Shown: piece by piece, positions 16,886 to 26,267 of the stretch | Position numbering within the stretch: the first letter of the stretch is position 1 | How the letters are laid out: each line of letters starts with the position of its first letter | Origin: an uncultured Alphaproteobacteria bacterium | Lineage (GTDB): Bacteria > Pseudomonadota > Alphaproteobacteria > RF32 > CAG-239 | Direction: 5' to 3' | DNA: 64,000 nucleotides | NCBI GenBank assembly: GCA_910576955.1 | Contig: CAJTJB010000003.1 | Location: 121,750 to 185,749 of the forward strand | Position numbers and translations under genes: made by a program | Notes under the pieces: generated by a model | What the model was told of the DNA's origin: nothing | Database searches by the model: none | Seen by the model: the letters and a program-made list of their open reading frames with translations, nothing else

Positions 16886-17042
16886 CGTCAGTACTCCGTT
16901 AAACATACGTTTTTCTAACTTTAAAATGTTAATAATCGGTAAATCTGTTTTCAACTTGTGAAATAAATAAAAAAGAAGTTGTCAAACCGGATTTTCAGGC
17001 ATAAAATCTCACCCAATGTAGTTATGTTAATAGGAGAATGAA

Positions 17043-17471
17043 ATGAACAAAATGAAATTGATAGCCGCTGTTGCCGCCATTATAGCCATTGCCGCCGGCG
17101 CATATTTTACAACCGCAAAAAACGAGCCGGCACAAGCTCCGGCTGCGCCTGCGCCCGTTGCTGCTAAAGCTCCGGCAGAAGCTGCCGCCCAATTGGCAGA
17201 CAATCGCGTTTATGTGATGTATGTAGACACTTGCCCGATGTGCGCTAAAGCCATGGAATATATTAACGGCAAATACGCCGATAATGCCGCAGTTGTCAAA
17301 GTTGATTTGAACACCGCCGACGGCAAAACGCTGTTAAAAGCCTGCCGTGAAAAGTTCGGCTTTAAGGATGTTGTCATTCCGTTGGTATGCGCCAAAGGCG
17401 AATACACAATGGGCTGGTCCGATGCAATGAGCGCCAAGCTTGACGGTTTTATTGAAGCTGCCGCAAAATAA
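17043..17471 (+). CDS. Membrane-anchored glutaredoxin/thioredoxin-fold protein (CPMC active site)
   Basis: N-terminal TM helix, Ala/Pro linker, then VYVMYVDTCPMCAKAMEYI, a CxxC in a Grx-like context. Confidence 0.65.
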   Translation: MNKMKLIAAVAAIIAIAAGAYFTTAKNEPAQAPAAPAPVAAKAPAEAAAQLADNRVYVMYVDTCPMCAKAMEYINGKYADNAAVVKVDLNTADGKTLLKACREKFGFKDVVIPLVCAKGEYTMGWSDAMSAKLDGFIEAAAK

Positions 17472-17474
17472 GCC

Positions 17475-17774
17475 TTATCTTTTGCAGATAATCCTGCCGC
17501 TTACTTCTTCGCATTTTTCATCGTCATCGCTGTTATAATAGGCGTTGCCGGATTGTTGCCAACGGCTGCCATCACTGCCGCTGATCATATTGCCGGATTG
17601 GTAAAAGGCGGTTCCGTCGTTTCTGTATATAATGTTTCCGACGCGCCGGTAAGAGCGTGCCTGTGCGTCGTAAGCAACATAATCTTCATCGTCGTCGTCA
17701 TTCCAACTTGCCGTGGCAGCGCTTGCGGAAAAAAAGGTAATGCCTAAAATTAAACAAATCATATTTTTTTTCAT
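17475..17774 (-). CDS. Small secreted protein, hypothetical
   Basis: Signal peptide MKKNMICLILGITFFSASA. Start chosen at ATG 17774. Confidence 0.55.
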   Translation of the reverse strand: MKKNMICLILGITFFSASAATASWNDDDDEDYVAYDAQARSYRRVGNIIYRNDGTAFYQSGNMISGSDGSRWQQSGNAYYNSDDDEKCEEVSGRIICKR

Positions 17775-17991
17775 AGTCGTTCTCCTGAAATAAGTTTTAT
17801 ATAAGGTTACATATTTTTCAAAGAAAGTCAATTGCTAAACATATTTTTAAAATTGCACAACTTATAGTGTGATTATTATGTGCAAAAAACAAAGCAAAAC
17901 ATATAAAAAATTAAAATTATACATAAAAACAATCAAAATCTTGAAATGCGATTCGCCGCGGTTATATACTTTATGTCAAAAAGGAGTCGTT

Positions 17992-18633
17992 ATGATGCAG
18001 GAAGCTTTATATACCATCTCAAACGGTTTGTATGTCTTATCGTCCACGGCCGGCGGCAAGTTTTGCGGTTCGCTCGTGGATGCGGTGAGCCAGATTTCCG
18101 TGTTGCCGAATTTGATAATGGTGTCGTGTATGAACACGAGTCGCACAAAAGAGTGCATTGAGCAAAGCGGCGAGTTTGCGATTAGCGTATTGCCCCAAAA
18201 TACCGACCCGTATATTGTGGCAAATTTCGGTTTTCAATCAAGCCGAGATATTGATAAGTGGGCGAATGTGCCCTATGAGCTGAAAGAGGGGCTGCCGTAT
18301 ATTCCGACGGCGCTTGCCAAAATCCGTGCCAAAGTCATAGACAAATTAACTTACCCGAACAACACAGTGTTTATAGCCGAGGTTGAAAACGCGTTTGATG
18401 TGAGGGCAGGGGAGCCGTTGACCTATAAGCATTATCGCGATGAGCTGAAAGAAGAATGTTTAAAGTCTTTTGCCAACCGCAACGCGCCCAAACCTGAAAA
18501 GCCAAGCTTCAAACAATGGACGTGCACCCTGTGCGGTTATGTTTATGACGGCGACATTCCGTTTGAAGAGCTGCCGGATGATTGGCGCTGCCCCCTCTGC
18601 GGTGTCGGCAAAGACCTATTCGAACTCCGCTGA
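17992..18633 (+). CDS. Flavin reductase-like domain fused to C-terminal rubredoxin (Hrb-like)
   Basis: C-terminal [27 protein letters not shown] carries two CxxCG rubredoxin knuckles. The N-terminal part looks like a flavin reductase. AAGGAG RBS before ATG 17992. Confidence 0.8.
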   Translation: MMQEALYTISNGLYVLSSTAGGKFCGSLVDAVSQISVLPNLIMVSCMNTSRTKECIEQSGEFAISVLPQNTDPYIVANFGFQSSRDIDKWANVPYELKEGLPYIPTALAKIRAKVIDKLTYPNNTVFIAEVENAFDVRAGEPLTYKHYRDELKEECLKSFANRNAPKPEKPSFKQWTCTLCGYVYDGDIPFEELPDDWRCPLCGVGKDLFELR

Positions 18634-18685
18634 CACCCCACCACCGAAAGTCATTCCCCAACAGCCCCGGTTTGCGATGCAATTT

Positions 18686-18725
18686 CCCCTCCCCCTTGAG
18701 GGGGGAGGACGGGTGGGGGTGACAA
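18686..18725. repeat. Family B hairpin repeat
   Basis: cccctcccccttgaggggggaggacgggtgggggtgaca. Confidence 0.9.
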
Positions 18726-18744
18726 TAAGACATCCTTTCTCCCT

Positions 18745-18815
18745 CTTTTTTATTCCAACAAGTTGGCGTCATCCATCGAATTGTTGCAGGTGGCGCTGCC
18801 ACTCAAGGGAACTCC
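18745..18815. repeat. Family C repeat
   Basis: ttattccaacaagttggcgtcatccatcgaattgttgcaggtggcgctgccactcaagggaactccc. Confidence 0.9.
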
Positions 18816-18835
18816 CGCAACAAGAGCATCCATAA

Positions 18836-19063
18836 CCTCCCCATCCCCTATCCCCTTCCTCCGCGGGAAGGGGAAACCCTTGCGGCACACATCTCCTCCC
18901 CCCAGCGCGGGGCTCGCAGAGCAAAAGCAGTGCTTGGTGAGCGACTTGGCGGAAACGCCAACAAAGCGAACTCTAGCACTGGCTTGACCGTAGCGCAGTT
19001 AGAGCGCGCAACATGCGCACCCTTACGAAGCAAGAAAGGTAAGGGAGAGGGGGACAACAAACA
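18836..19063 (+). repeat. Composite family B repeat interrupted by a ~123-bp structured insertion (family D, copy 1; insertion ~18912-19034)
   Basis: The flanks match 13807-13908. The insert ctcgcagagcaaaagcagtgcttgg...ggcttgaccgtagcgcagttagagcgcgc...cttacgaagcaag is shared with 32746-32896 and 35459-35613. Confidence 0.8.
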
Positions 19064-19259
19064 CATCCTTATCATCTCCTTCCCTCTTTTTTATCCCAAC
19101 AAGAGCATTCCATTGACCGAGCTCACACTCGGAGCGATGGTTTATACAAACAAAGCCTGTATAAAGCAGTACAAAAAAATAATATTTGTCAATATTTTTG
19201 TTGATTTTAAAAATAAGATATGCTACATTCCCCGTCTGTAAAAGGAATAAAGGCATAAA

Positions 19260-22200
19260 ATGACACGGCAGATTATAAATTTCCCCGAATTTTCAGAAGC
19301 TCTTGACGGGCTGTTTTCTGAAACATCGGTGTGCGACATTAAGGCGTTTGAGGCAGAGGCTGCCGCGTCCAAACAGCGCCGCAAAGAAAAGATTGCCGCC
19401 GTTTCCGCCCGCCTGCGCCGGATGAAAGCAGAGATAGAGAAATATAAAGCCCAAATCCGCACTGCCGCCGATAATGATAATAAAAAAGAATACGGCATTC
19501 GCCTCAACCGGCTGATTCTTGCCAAAACCGAGCTTTTAAAAGTATATAAAGAAGAGAAAAACCTCACGCCGTTTGCGGAGCTTTCCGAAGAGGCGAAAGT
19601 TTATGCCTGCACCGAGCGCCTCTTGAAAAAATATCTCCTTGCCGCGTTTGTCAAATCCTCTCCCGAAGCATACCGCATCAATGAAGACGGCACGGTCACG
19701 CTCAATGTGGAGCATTTTCGCAATTCGCTTTTATATCAGCAGGCAAACCACCTCAAAGACTATGTCGCCTCATACATCCGGCATTATCCGCACCGTGTCG
19801 GAGGCAGCCGTTATTTTACCGGCTTGCACAAGGAGCTGCAGGAGTTTGAAGACATCGTTCTTGCCGCCGATGAATATTTTGAAACCGTCAACCGGCAAAA
19901 CGAACAAAACAAAGAAAAATTGCACCAAAGCCGCGAGGGAATAGAGGTGGTCGAAATCTACCCCGAACATAACGCACAGGCGGTGCGCTTAACCACCGCA
20001 GACGCCCTTAAATATGAGGGAACGGAAATGTCGCATTGCGTCGCTACATACTGCGAAAAGGTGAAAAAAGGCGAAACCGAAATTTATTCCATCCGTGATT
20101 ACGGCGATGAGTACGTCGAGTTTGTGCCGCACGCCACCATAGAGTATAAAGCGGGCAAAGTCACCCAAATCAAAGGCTATAAAGACAGCCTTGTCGATAT
20201 GGCATATATCAATGACGCCCGCCGCCTTGTAATGAAACTGTTGCAGCTCAACAGCGCAGAAGAAATTATAACCCGTCCGGATATTCCGTTATCAGAAAAA
20301 AACAATATCGGCTATATGAAAGATACGCACGGCACATTGCGCGATATACTGGAGGTTATACCAGCAGATGCAGATGTTGTTTTTAGCGAAGTAAAACTTA
20401 AAGCCAACCGCATAAAATATATGGATTTCAATCGGCTGAAATTTGCACAGATAACCATAAGCGGTGACATAAACGATAAAACGCTGCAATATCTTTCCCG
20501 AGCCAGCAATTTATCGCTCCTTAATTTGAATTTTGATAACGAACAAAACTCTTCGGTGCTTGATTTATCAGCCCTGCGCTGTCAGAAGATTTTTTTGAAT
20601 TTTCGCAAAAACACCGCCGCACAAAAAATCATCCTCCCGCTGCCGGCTCAAGATGTCTGCATCCTCGGTACGGCATCAGAGCTGACGGCAATAGAGGGAA
20701 CGCATAGCCTGCAACGTCTGGTCATACAAGGAAACTATGCCAAGTTGGCGCAAATTCCCGCTGTCTCTGAAACATTGGAAATCCAAGCAACCACGGGGCT
20801 GCAGGAAATTACTTCCCATATAAGCCCGACCTTCAAAAATTTACTGCTGCATGGCGCTGCAGACCTGTCCGATACGTTGCTGCCAAATGTCGAATCCCTT
20901 TCTCTTAACGGTACATTTACGTTGCCACGCACGTTAATGCCACGGTTGGAAAAGCTGAAAATAATCGGCAATTATGAAACATTGGAAACGCTGGAGACGG
21001 CTCCCAACCTGAAAGATATAGAATTAGACGGAAACTTTGAAAACTTTACATCTTTTCCTGAAAAAGCGGAAATAATAAAACTGAAAGGGAAATTCCCGCG
21101 GTTGGAAACATTACCGCTGTTTTCAAAGTTGAAAAAAATAGAATTAAACGAGGGAACATTCGGCATCTCCGGAACGTTAGATTTTACCTCGTGCCCCGAT
21201 TTGGACGAGATTGACTTTATGCAAAGCGAATTTCCGCAGTTGCAAGAAATAATCGTTCCTGAAAATGTCAAAAATTTCAGCGGCTCGCATTGCGTCTATC
21301 CTGCGTTGGAACGGATTGATTTATCCGCATCGCCGCGTAAGGGGTTCGGCACATTGGAAAGCGACGGAAAATTAGTCATAAATTTGGGAGAGCATGAAAA
21401 CAACGCAGAACTCAACGATTATCAGATAACAATGCCAAAAATCGGCGGTTATCTAATGAACTTTAGCTTCCTGCCGGCGTTAAAGGAGTTGAAGCTTTGC
21501 AAAGGTGTCGAAGGGATACATCTTACCGGTATGAAGTTCGGCGTTTTACAGCCTCTGGATATGGCAAAATACCGGAATTTAAACGAATTAGATTTGCAAT
21601 TTGTTGACTTTCAGACAAGAATACCGATAGATTTGTCGCACTGCGAAAAGCTTAAGAAGTTAAATATGGATATCAGTCATTTGCCGGATGTTATCGTCGC
21701 CCCGAATGTCGAGGCACTCAATATTCGCAACGAAAAAAAGACCTCCGTGCCGCATTCGGTAAATCTTCGGCAATATCCTCATTTAAAAACGCTCAAATGC
21801 GATTTTATTCTCCAAAGAGAAGACATTCCGCCCACAACCGAAACACTATATATGTTTTTGATGGATAAGGCAAGTGCTGAATTCAGAGAGTTGGATGTTT
21901 CCGCCGTGCAAGAGGCAGCAATCCGCACCTCAACACATCTTGAGCTGCCGCAGTTGGAACGCATCGCTTTGCCGGAAAAATTTGAAAGTTTGTTCCTGTA
22001 TAACCCGATGCCGCACTTAACCGAAATTGACCTGCGCCAAGCCAAAGGCACTGTCGAATTTGTACAAATGAACCTTAACTGGGATGAGGTATCGTCAAGC
22101 ATAGGAAAAATTTACTTGAAATCTGAGCAATATCGTGTATTAAAAAAGATAAGAATAGGCAAAAAAACAGAGTTGCAACTGCCTGAAAGTGTGGCAGCTC

Positions 22201-22355
22201 TGCCGATAACAATTGAAGTGCCGAAGGATATGCCCGCGGATAAAGTGCAAGAAATAAAAACAAAATATCCGCGCTTAACCATCGTTCGCGAAGAGCAAAA
22301 GCTGCTGCCGCTTCCCCGCACAATACAACAACAAATCGGGGCAGGGCGTTTATAA
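19260..22355 (+). CDS. Large protein: N-terminal coiled-coil, PcfJ-like core (EGxxMxHCV) and ~650-aa leucine-rich-repeat region
   Basis: 1031-aa ORF. YEGTEMSHCVATYCEKVKKGETEIYSIRD at ~20013-20100. From ~aa 400 onward there are repeated ~22-residue LxxLxLxG/N units (e.g. LEKLKIIGNYETLETLETAPNLKDIELDGNFENF). Confidence 0.7.
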   Translation: MTRQIINFPEFSEALDGLFSETSVCDIKAFEAEAAASKQRRKEKIAAVSARLRRMKAEIEKYKAQIRTAADNDNKKEYGIRLNRLILAKTELLKVYKEEKNLTPFAELSEEAKVYACTERLLKKYLLAAFVKSSPEAYRINEDGTVTLNVEHFRNSLLYQQANHLKDYVASYIRHYPHRVGGSRYFTGLHKELQEFEDIVLAADEYFETVNRQNEQNKEKLHQSREGIEVVEIYPEHNAQAVRLTTADALKYEGTEMSHCVATYCEKVKKGETEIYSIRDYGDEYVEFVPHATIEYKAGKVTQIKGYKDSLVDMAYINDARRLVMKLLQLNSAEEIITRPDIPLSEKNNIGYMKDTHGTLRDILEVIPADADVVFSEVKLKANRIKYMDFNRLKFAQITISGDINDKTLQYLSRASNLSLLNLNFDNEQNSSVLDLSALRCQKIFLNFRKNTAAQKIILPLPAQDVCILGTASELTAIEGTHSLQRLVIQGNYAKLAQIPAVSETLEIQATTGLQEITSHISPTFKNLLLHGAADLSDTLLPNVESLSLNGTFTLPRTLMPRLEKLKIIGNYETLETLETAPNLKDIELDGNFENFTSFPEKAEIIKLKGKFPRLETLPLFSKLKKIELNEGTFGISGTLDFTSCPDLDEIDFMQSEFPQLQEIIVPENVKNFSGSHCVYPALERIDLSASPRKGFGTLESDGKLVINLGEHENNAELNDYQITMPKIGGYLMNFSFLPALKELKLCKGVEGIHLTGMKFGVLQPLDMAKYRNLNELDLQFVDFQTRIPIDLSHCEKLKKLNMDISHLPDVIVAPNVEALNIRNEKKTSVPHSVNLRQYPHLKTLKCDFILQREDIPPTTETLYMFLMDKASAEFRELDVSAVQEAAIRTSTHLELPQLERIALPEKFESLFLYNPMPHLTEIDLRQAKGTVEFVQMNLNWDEVSSSIGKIYLKSEQYRVLKKIRIGKKTELQLPESVAALPITIEVPKDMPADKVQEIKTKYPRLTIVREEQKLLPLPRTIQQQIGAGRL

Positions 22356-22451
22356 AAGGGTAATTGCCGCTGGCAATCATTGCGGTGTGTCTGCGCGTAG
22401 TGGGATAACCTTCAGCAGACCGCAGCTTATTCGTTGCAGCTGCCGCTGGCA

Positions 22452-22485
22452 GTCATTGCGAGGAGCGATAGCGACGCGGCAATCT
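22452..22485 (+). repeat. Family A repeat
   Basis: gtcattgcgaggagcgatagcgacgcggcaatct. Confidence 0.85.
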
Positions 22486-22542
22486 ATTAGAAAGTTTAAA
22501 AATACTATTATCCGAATTATTAACTCTCAAAACATAAGCATT

Positions 22543-23010
22543 ATGAACACAAATGTAAAAGCTGTAGTCAATCTGATGCAGACACTTGGTGTCACATTAG
22601 ACGATGTGAAAGCCGCGTTGCAGACAACTGCGCCATCGGCTGAAGAAATCGAGTACGGTAAAACCCAAAACGGAATGACCTACGCCAAGTATCAAGGCAA
22701 AACCCTGGGCGTGGTGTTTTATCAGGGAAACGATGCGTATGTCCTGTCATTGCGCAATAACGGGAAAGACATTGAATATGCCCGTGCGCAAAAGCTGGCA
22801 ACGGAACGCTCCGCACCCAAAGGCAAGTGTTGGATTGTTCCGTCCGATGAGCATTGGCGCGCAATAGCAAGTGCCATCAACAAGATAAACAGTGCCTTGT
22901 GTGAACTGGACGGCGATGAAATTGACCGGAGCATCGGTTATTTATCGTCTACCTCGCAGGCCAACCGCCCGCGTTACTGGAACGTCCGTTTCATCCTCCC
23001 GCTGGACTAG
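22543..23010 (+). CDS. Hypothetical protein
   Basis: The ORF-track start at 22387 lies inside repeat sequence, so I prefer ATG 22543 (MNTNVKAVVNLMQ...). Followed by a terminator. Confidence 0.55.
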   Translation: MNTNVKAVVNLMQTLGVTLDDVKAALQTTAPSAEEIEYGKTQNGMTYAKYQGKTLGVVFYQGNDAYVLSLRNNGKDIEYARAQKLATERSAPKGKCWIVPSDEHWRAIASAINKINSALCELDGDEIDRSIGYLSSTSQANRPRYWNVRFILPLD

Positions 23011-23018
23011 CAGAAAAA

Positions 23019-23052
23019 AGCAGAGTTGGTATCTCCAACCCTGCTTTTTTTG
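23019..23052 (+). terminator. Rho-independent terminator
   Basis: agcagagttgg-tatct-ccaaccctgct followed by T7. Confidence 0.75.
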
Positions 23053-23063
23053 TTGTTTCCGAC

Positions 23064-23289
23064 GTCATTGCGAGAAACAAAGCGACGCTGCAATCTCTCT
23101 CTTTTTAATGCGTCATTACGAGGAACAAAGCGACGTGGCAATCTCTCTCTTTTTAACGCGTCATTGCGAGGCTTGCAAATGCAAGCCGTGGCAATCTCAA
23201 GAGAGTAGGACATAATAAAGCGTGACTGTGTCACCTGTCTATGGATTGCCGCGGCAATATGTGTCTGACGACACACGCCTCGCAATGAC
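23064..23289. repeat. Cluster of family A units: three tandem forward copies (~48-bp period) plus one inverted copy
   Basis: Forward copies at 23064-23096, 23112-23145 and 23160-23196. Reverse copy at 23244-23289 (gattgccgcggcaat...cgcctcgcaatgac). Confidence 0.9.
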
Positions 23290-23299
23290 TCATTTGTAA

Positions 23300-23896
23300 T
23301 TACTTCCCATACCCAACAGCCTCTGTCATCACCACTTCTTTATCGCCCTCAAGCCCGAGCGCTGCTTTAATCTCCGCCCGGTCATAAAGCCCGCGCACCA
23401 CACATTTCAAACCCTCGGACGCGCAGTAAAGGCTGGTATTTTGATACATCGAGCCGGCGTGCATCTCGCCGTATTTCTTGTCTTTGGTCACAAACAGCAG
23501 GTGCACCGGCGCATCAAGCGCAAATTTTTGCTCTTTGCCGACAACTTCGCGCAAATCCTTATCCGATTTCTGCACAAGTACATTGCCTTTCGCGTCATAC
23601 ACATAAACGCCCGTCGGCAGCAACACATACAGTTCCATATCCTGCTGGTTGCGCGCCGTCGGAATAACACGTTTGCCGTCATCAGAGCTGATGCCCCACG
23701 TTGCCCACAACAAATTAGACAAGTGCTGCCCCGAAAGCATTTTCGTATCAAACATCCGCCCCGAGCGTCTGGCGCTGATAGCCTCCATTAGCGGCATCCC
23801 GCCGCTTGTTTCCGGCACATTAAGCTTAATATCCGCCGCATTCGCCGCCGCCGCACTCATCACCATCATAGCTCCCAAAATCAACTTTTTCATCAT
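23300..23896 (-). CDS. Secreted nitroreductase-family protein
   Basis: Signal peptide MMKKLILGAMMVMSAAAANA. ARRSGRMF..LSNLLWATWGIS is a typical nitroreductase-fold N-terminus. Confidence 0.7.
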   Translation of the reverse strand: MMKKLILGAMMVMSAAAANAADIKLNVPETSGGMPLMEAISARRSGRMFDTKMLSGQHLSNLLWATWGISSDDGKRVIPTARNQQDMELYVLLPTGVYVYDAKGNVLVQKSDKDLREVVGKEQKFALDAPVHLLFVTKDKKYGEMHAGSMYQNTSLYCASEGLKCVVRGLYDRAEIKAALGLEGDKEVVMTEAVGYGK

Positions 23897-23951
23897 AACC
23901 TCCTAAATAATGTTATTATCCCAAAATATAAGCCTTTAAATTAAAAAAAAC

Positions 23952-26267
23952 TTAATTTATATGTAAAATCTTTTTGCCGGTGATGGAAACCGTTGCCACC
24001 CGCCCCAGATTATCCACGGCGCGAATGGCAGCTTTCCCGTTCGGCAAGTCTGTTTCAAGGCTGTCAAAGCGTCCGCTTTTGCCGACAAATACATCGTTGA
24101 CAAACCAAAAAACTTCCGTTGCGTCAGCGTCTGTTTCCGCCTTGAGGGAAATTTTTGCGTTGGCGGTGTGAGAAATAAGCCTGCTGCCGTTAACCGGCGA
24201 TTTAATCACCGGCGCCTTGCCCGAAACAATATCGCTGACAACCGCGCAGTTTTCCGCAAATTCGGGCGGGCGGTTGAGGCGGATTCCGGCTTGTTCATAA
24301 ATTTTGTATATATCCGAATCCCAAAATTGATAAGCTTTCAGCTCGGTCAGAGGCGGCATATGGCGGCAGGCGCGTTTGCCCGTGGCTTTGTCAATCGGAA
24401 TTTTGCGCGTAATGTGCCGATACGGCGTTTTCGTGATGTTGGGAATAAAATAAGTGCTGCTGGTAATCTCGCAGTCTTCGTCTGCCAATTCGCCGGTTGC
24501 AAGGCAAATGTCAACTTTAGTGAGCTCCGGCATATCCGCCGCGAAAACGGGGGCTTTAATCAGCCCCTCTGCAGCCATCTGCCGGATAAGGGTAAACATC
24601 AGCGGCGCCGCCATCTCCCGGCCCACCAGCGCATTGTTTGGCGTGTTGTCAAAATTGCCGAGCCACGCCACAAAAACATAATCTCCGGCAATTCCGGCGC
24701 TCCATGCATCGCGAAAACCGAAAGATGTTCCCGTCTTCCAGGCAACAAAATAGCCGTCGCGTTTGGCAAGATAGGGCAGGGCGTGCCTGTCAGTGGCCGG
24801 ATTGTTTTTTAGCATCTCAACGGTCAAAAAAGCGCTTTCCGGCATAAGCAGCGACACAGCCGGACTCTCTGTTTCTTCCGTAAAATAGCGCAGCTGGCGA
24901 AATGCACCCAGATTGCCAAGCATGGCGTAAAGTTCCGCAAGATTTTGCATCGTCACCTCCGCCCCGCCGAGCGCCAGCGCCAGACCGTAATGCATTGCCG
25001 GCTTGAGTTTCGGAACGCCTGCTTTTTGCAGCAAATCGTAAAAAGAGTTGCCTTTCAGGGCTTGCAGCAGTTCAACAGCGGGAATATTGCGGCTCTGCAC
25101 CAAAGCGTCCGTGGCGTTAATCAACCCGCTGAAGCCGTGGTCAAAATTCTCCGGCGTATACAGCCCGTAGTTTTCGGGAACATCGCGCAACAGCGAGAGC
25201 GGATGGATAATTCCTTGTTCTAATGCCAGCGCATAGATAAAGGGTTTTAAGACCGAGCCCGGCGAGCGCAGCGCCGTCAAGCCGTCCACTTGCCCAGAAA
25301 TCTCCGCATCAAAAAAGTCCGCCGAACCGGCTTCGGCAATCACTTCCATCGTCTTACGGTTAACAATGATTGCCGCAGCGTTCTTCACCCCGAGCGTGCG
25401 CTGCTTGTCAATATAGGTCTTGAGAGTTTGTTCAAGTTTTTGCTGCCAAATGCCGTCCAGCGTGGTGCGAATATTGCCGGTTGTCGTTAGTTTTTTGACG
25501 CGGCGGACGGTGTGCATTGCCGTTTTCGGCAGATGTTTTTCAAACAATACCGGCAGGTCAAATGCCGCCGTTTCGCTTTCCCCGTAAGCCTCGCCCCATA
25601 GCGCCTTAAGCCGCTGAACAGCCGCTGCAATGTGTTGCTGCCCGCCTTTTTTGAGCGGATGCCGCTTTTCCGGATTTTGCGGAATAACCGCCAGTGCCGC
25701 CGCCTGCGGCAGATTAAGCCTGTCCGCCTCGGTGTTGAAATAAATGAGCGCCGCCGCGCCGATACCCTCCACATTTCCGCCCATCGGGCACAGATTGTAA
25801 TAGGCTTCAGCTATTTCCTCTTTGCTGTAATGACGTTCCAGCTGCAGCGCCCGCAGAATTTGTATGATTTTGCCGCTAAAAGAAGATGTGTCAAGCCGCC
25901 ACCGCAGCCGCGCCACCTGCATCGTAAGGGTGGAAGCGCCTTGCCTGCGCCCGCCCGCCATCATCGCCGCTGCCGCCCGCGCAAGGCTGATAACGTCCAC
26001 GCCGAAGTGGCTGAAAAATCGTTTATCTTCATAGGTTAAAAGTGCTTTTTTCGTATATTCGTTAATCTTTTCATACGGCACAAACAGGCGGTATTTTTCA
26101 TCTGAAGAAAGCGATAAATTGAGCAAATTGCCCTGCCGGTCAAACACCGCGCGTGAAAAAGCGTAGGGCTCGAGAAGAGCTGGTTTCGGGCAAAAGGCAT
26201 AGGCGAAGAATAGCAAAAGCACCCCGCCCGCCGCAAACAGTCCCAATCTTTTTGTCCGCCATCTCAT
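23952..26267 (-). CDS. pbpC: Penicillin-binding protein 1C (transglycosylase/transpeptidase)
   Basis: 771 aa. GT51 motifs (TYEDKRFFSHFGVD, RQGASTLTMQ), transpeptidase SxxK context (PGSVLKPF) and a C-terminal PBP1C-type domain. Adjacent to alpha-2-macroglobulin, as in the known yfhM-pbpC pairs. Confidence 0.9.
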   Translation of the reverse strand: MRWRTKRLGLFAAGGVLLLFFAYAFCPKPALLEPYAFSRAVFDRQGNLLNLSLSSDEKYRLFVPYEKINEYTKKALLTYEDKRFFSHFGVDVISLARAAAAMMAGGRRQGASTLTMQVARLRWRLDTSSFSGKIIQILRALQLERHYSKEEIAEAYYNLCPMGGNVEGIGAAALIYFNTEADRLNLPQAAALAVIPQNPEKRHPLKKGGQQHIAAAVQRLKALWGEAYGESETAAFDLPVLFEKHLPKTAMHTVRRVKKLTTTGNIRTTLDGIWQQKLEQTLKTYIDKQRTLGVKNAAAIIVNRKTMEVIAEAGSADFFDAEISGQVDGLTALRSPGSVLKPFIYALALEQGIIHPLSLLRDVPENYGLYTPENFDHGFSGLINATDALVQSRNIPAVELLQALKGNSFYDLLQKAGVPKLKPAMHYGLALALGGAEVTMQNLAELYAMLGNLGAFRQLRYFTEETESPAVSLLMPESAFLTVEMLKNNPATDRHALPYLAKRDGYFVAWKTGTSFGFRDAWSAGIAGDYVFVAWLGNFDNTPNNALVGREMAAPLMFTLIRQMAAEGLIKAPVFAADMPELTKVDICLATGELADEDCEITSSTYFIPNITKTPYRHITRKIPIDKATGKRACRHMPPLTELKAYQFWDSDIYKIYEQAGIRLNRPPEFAENCAVVSDIVSGKAPVIKSPVNGSRLISHTANAKISLKAETDADATEVFWFVNDVFVGKSGRFDSLETDLPNGKAAIRAVDNLGRVATVSITGKKILHIN

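Noticed and set aside
18955-19010. tRNA-like D-arm motif (GTAGCGCAGTTAGAGCGCGC) inside the family D inserts as evidence of a tRNA gene or pseudogene
   Set aside because: No complete cloverleaf can be drawn: the candidate anticodon loop gcaacat lacks the U33/R37 pattern, and there is no T-arm or acceptor pairing. It is mentioned only as a resemblance.
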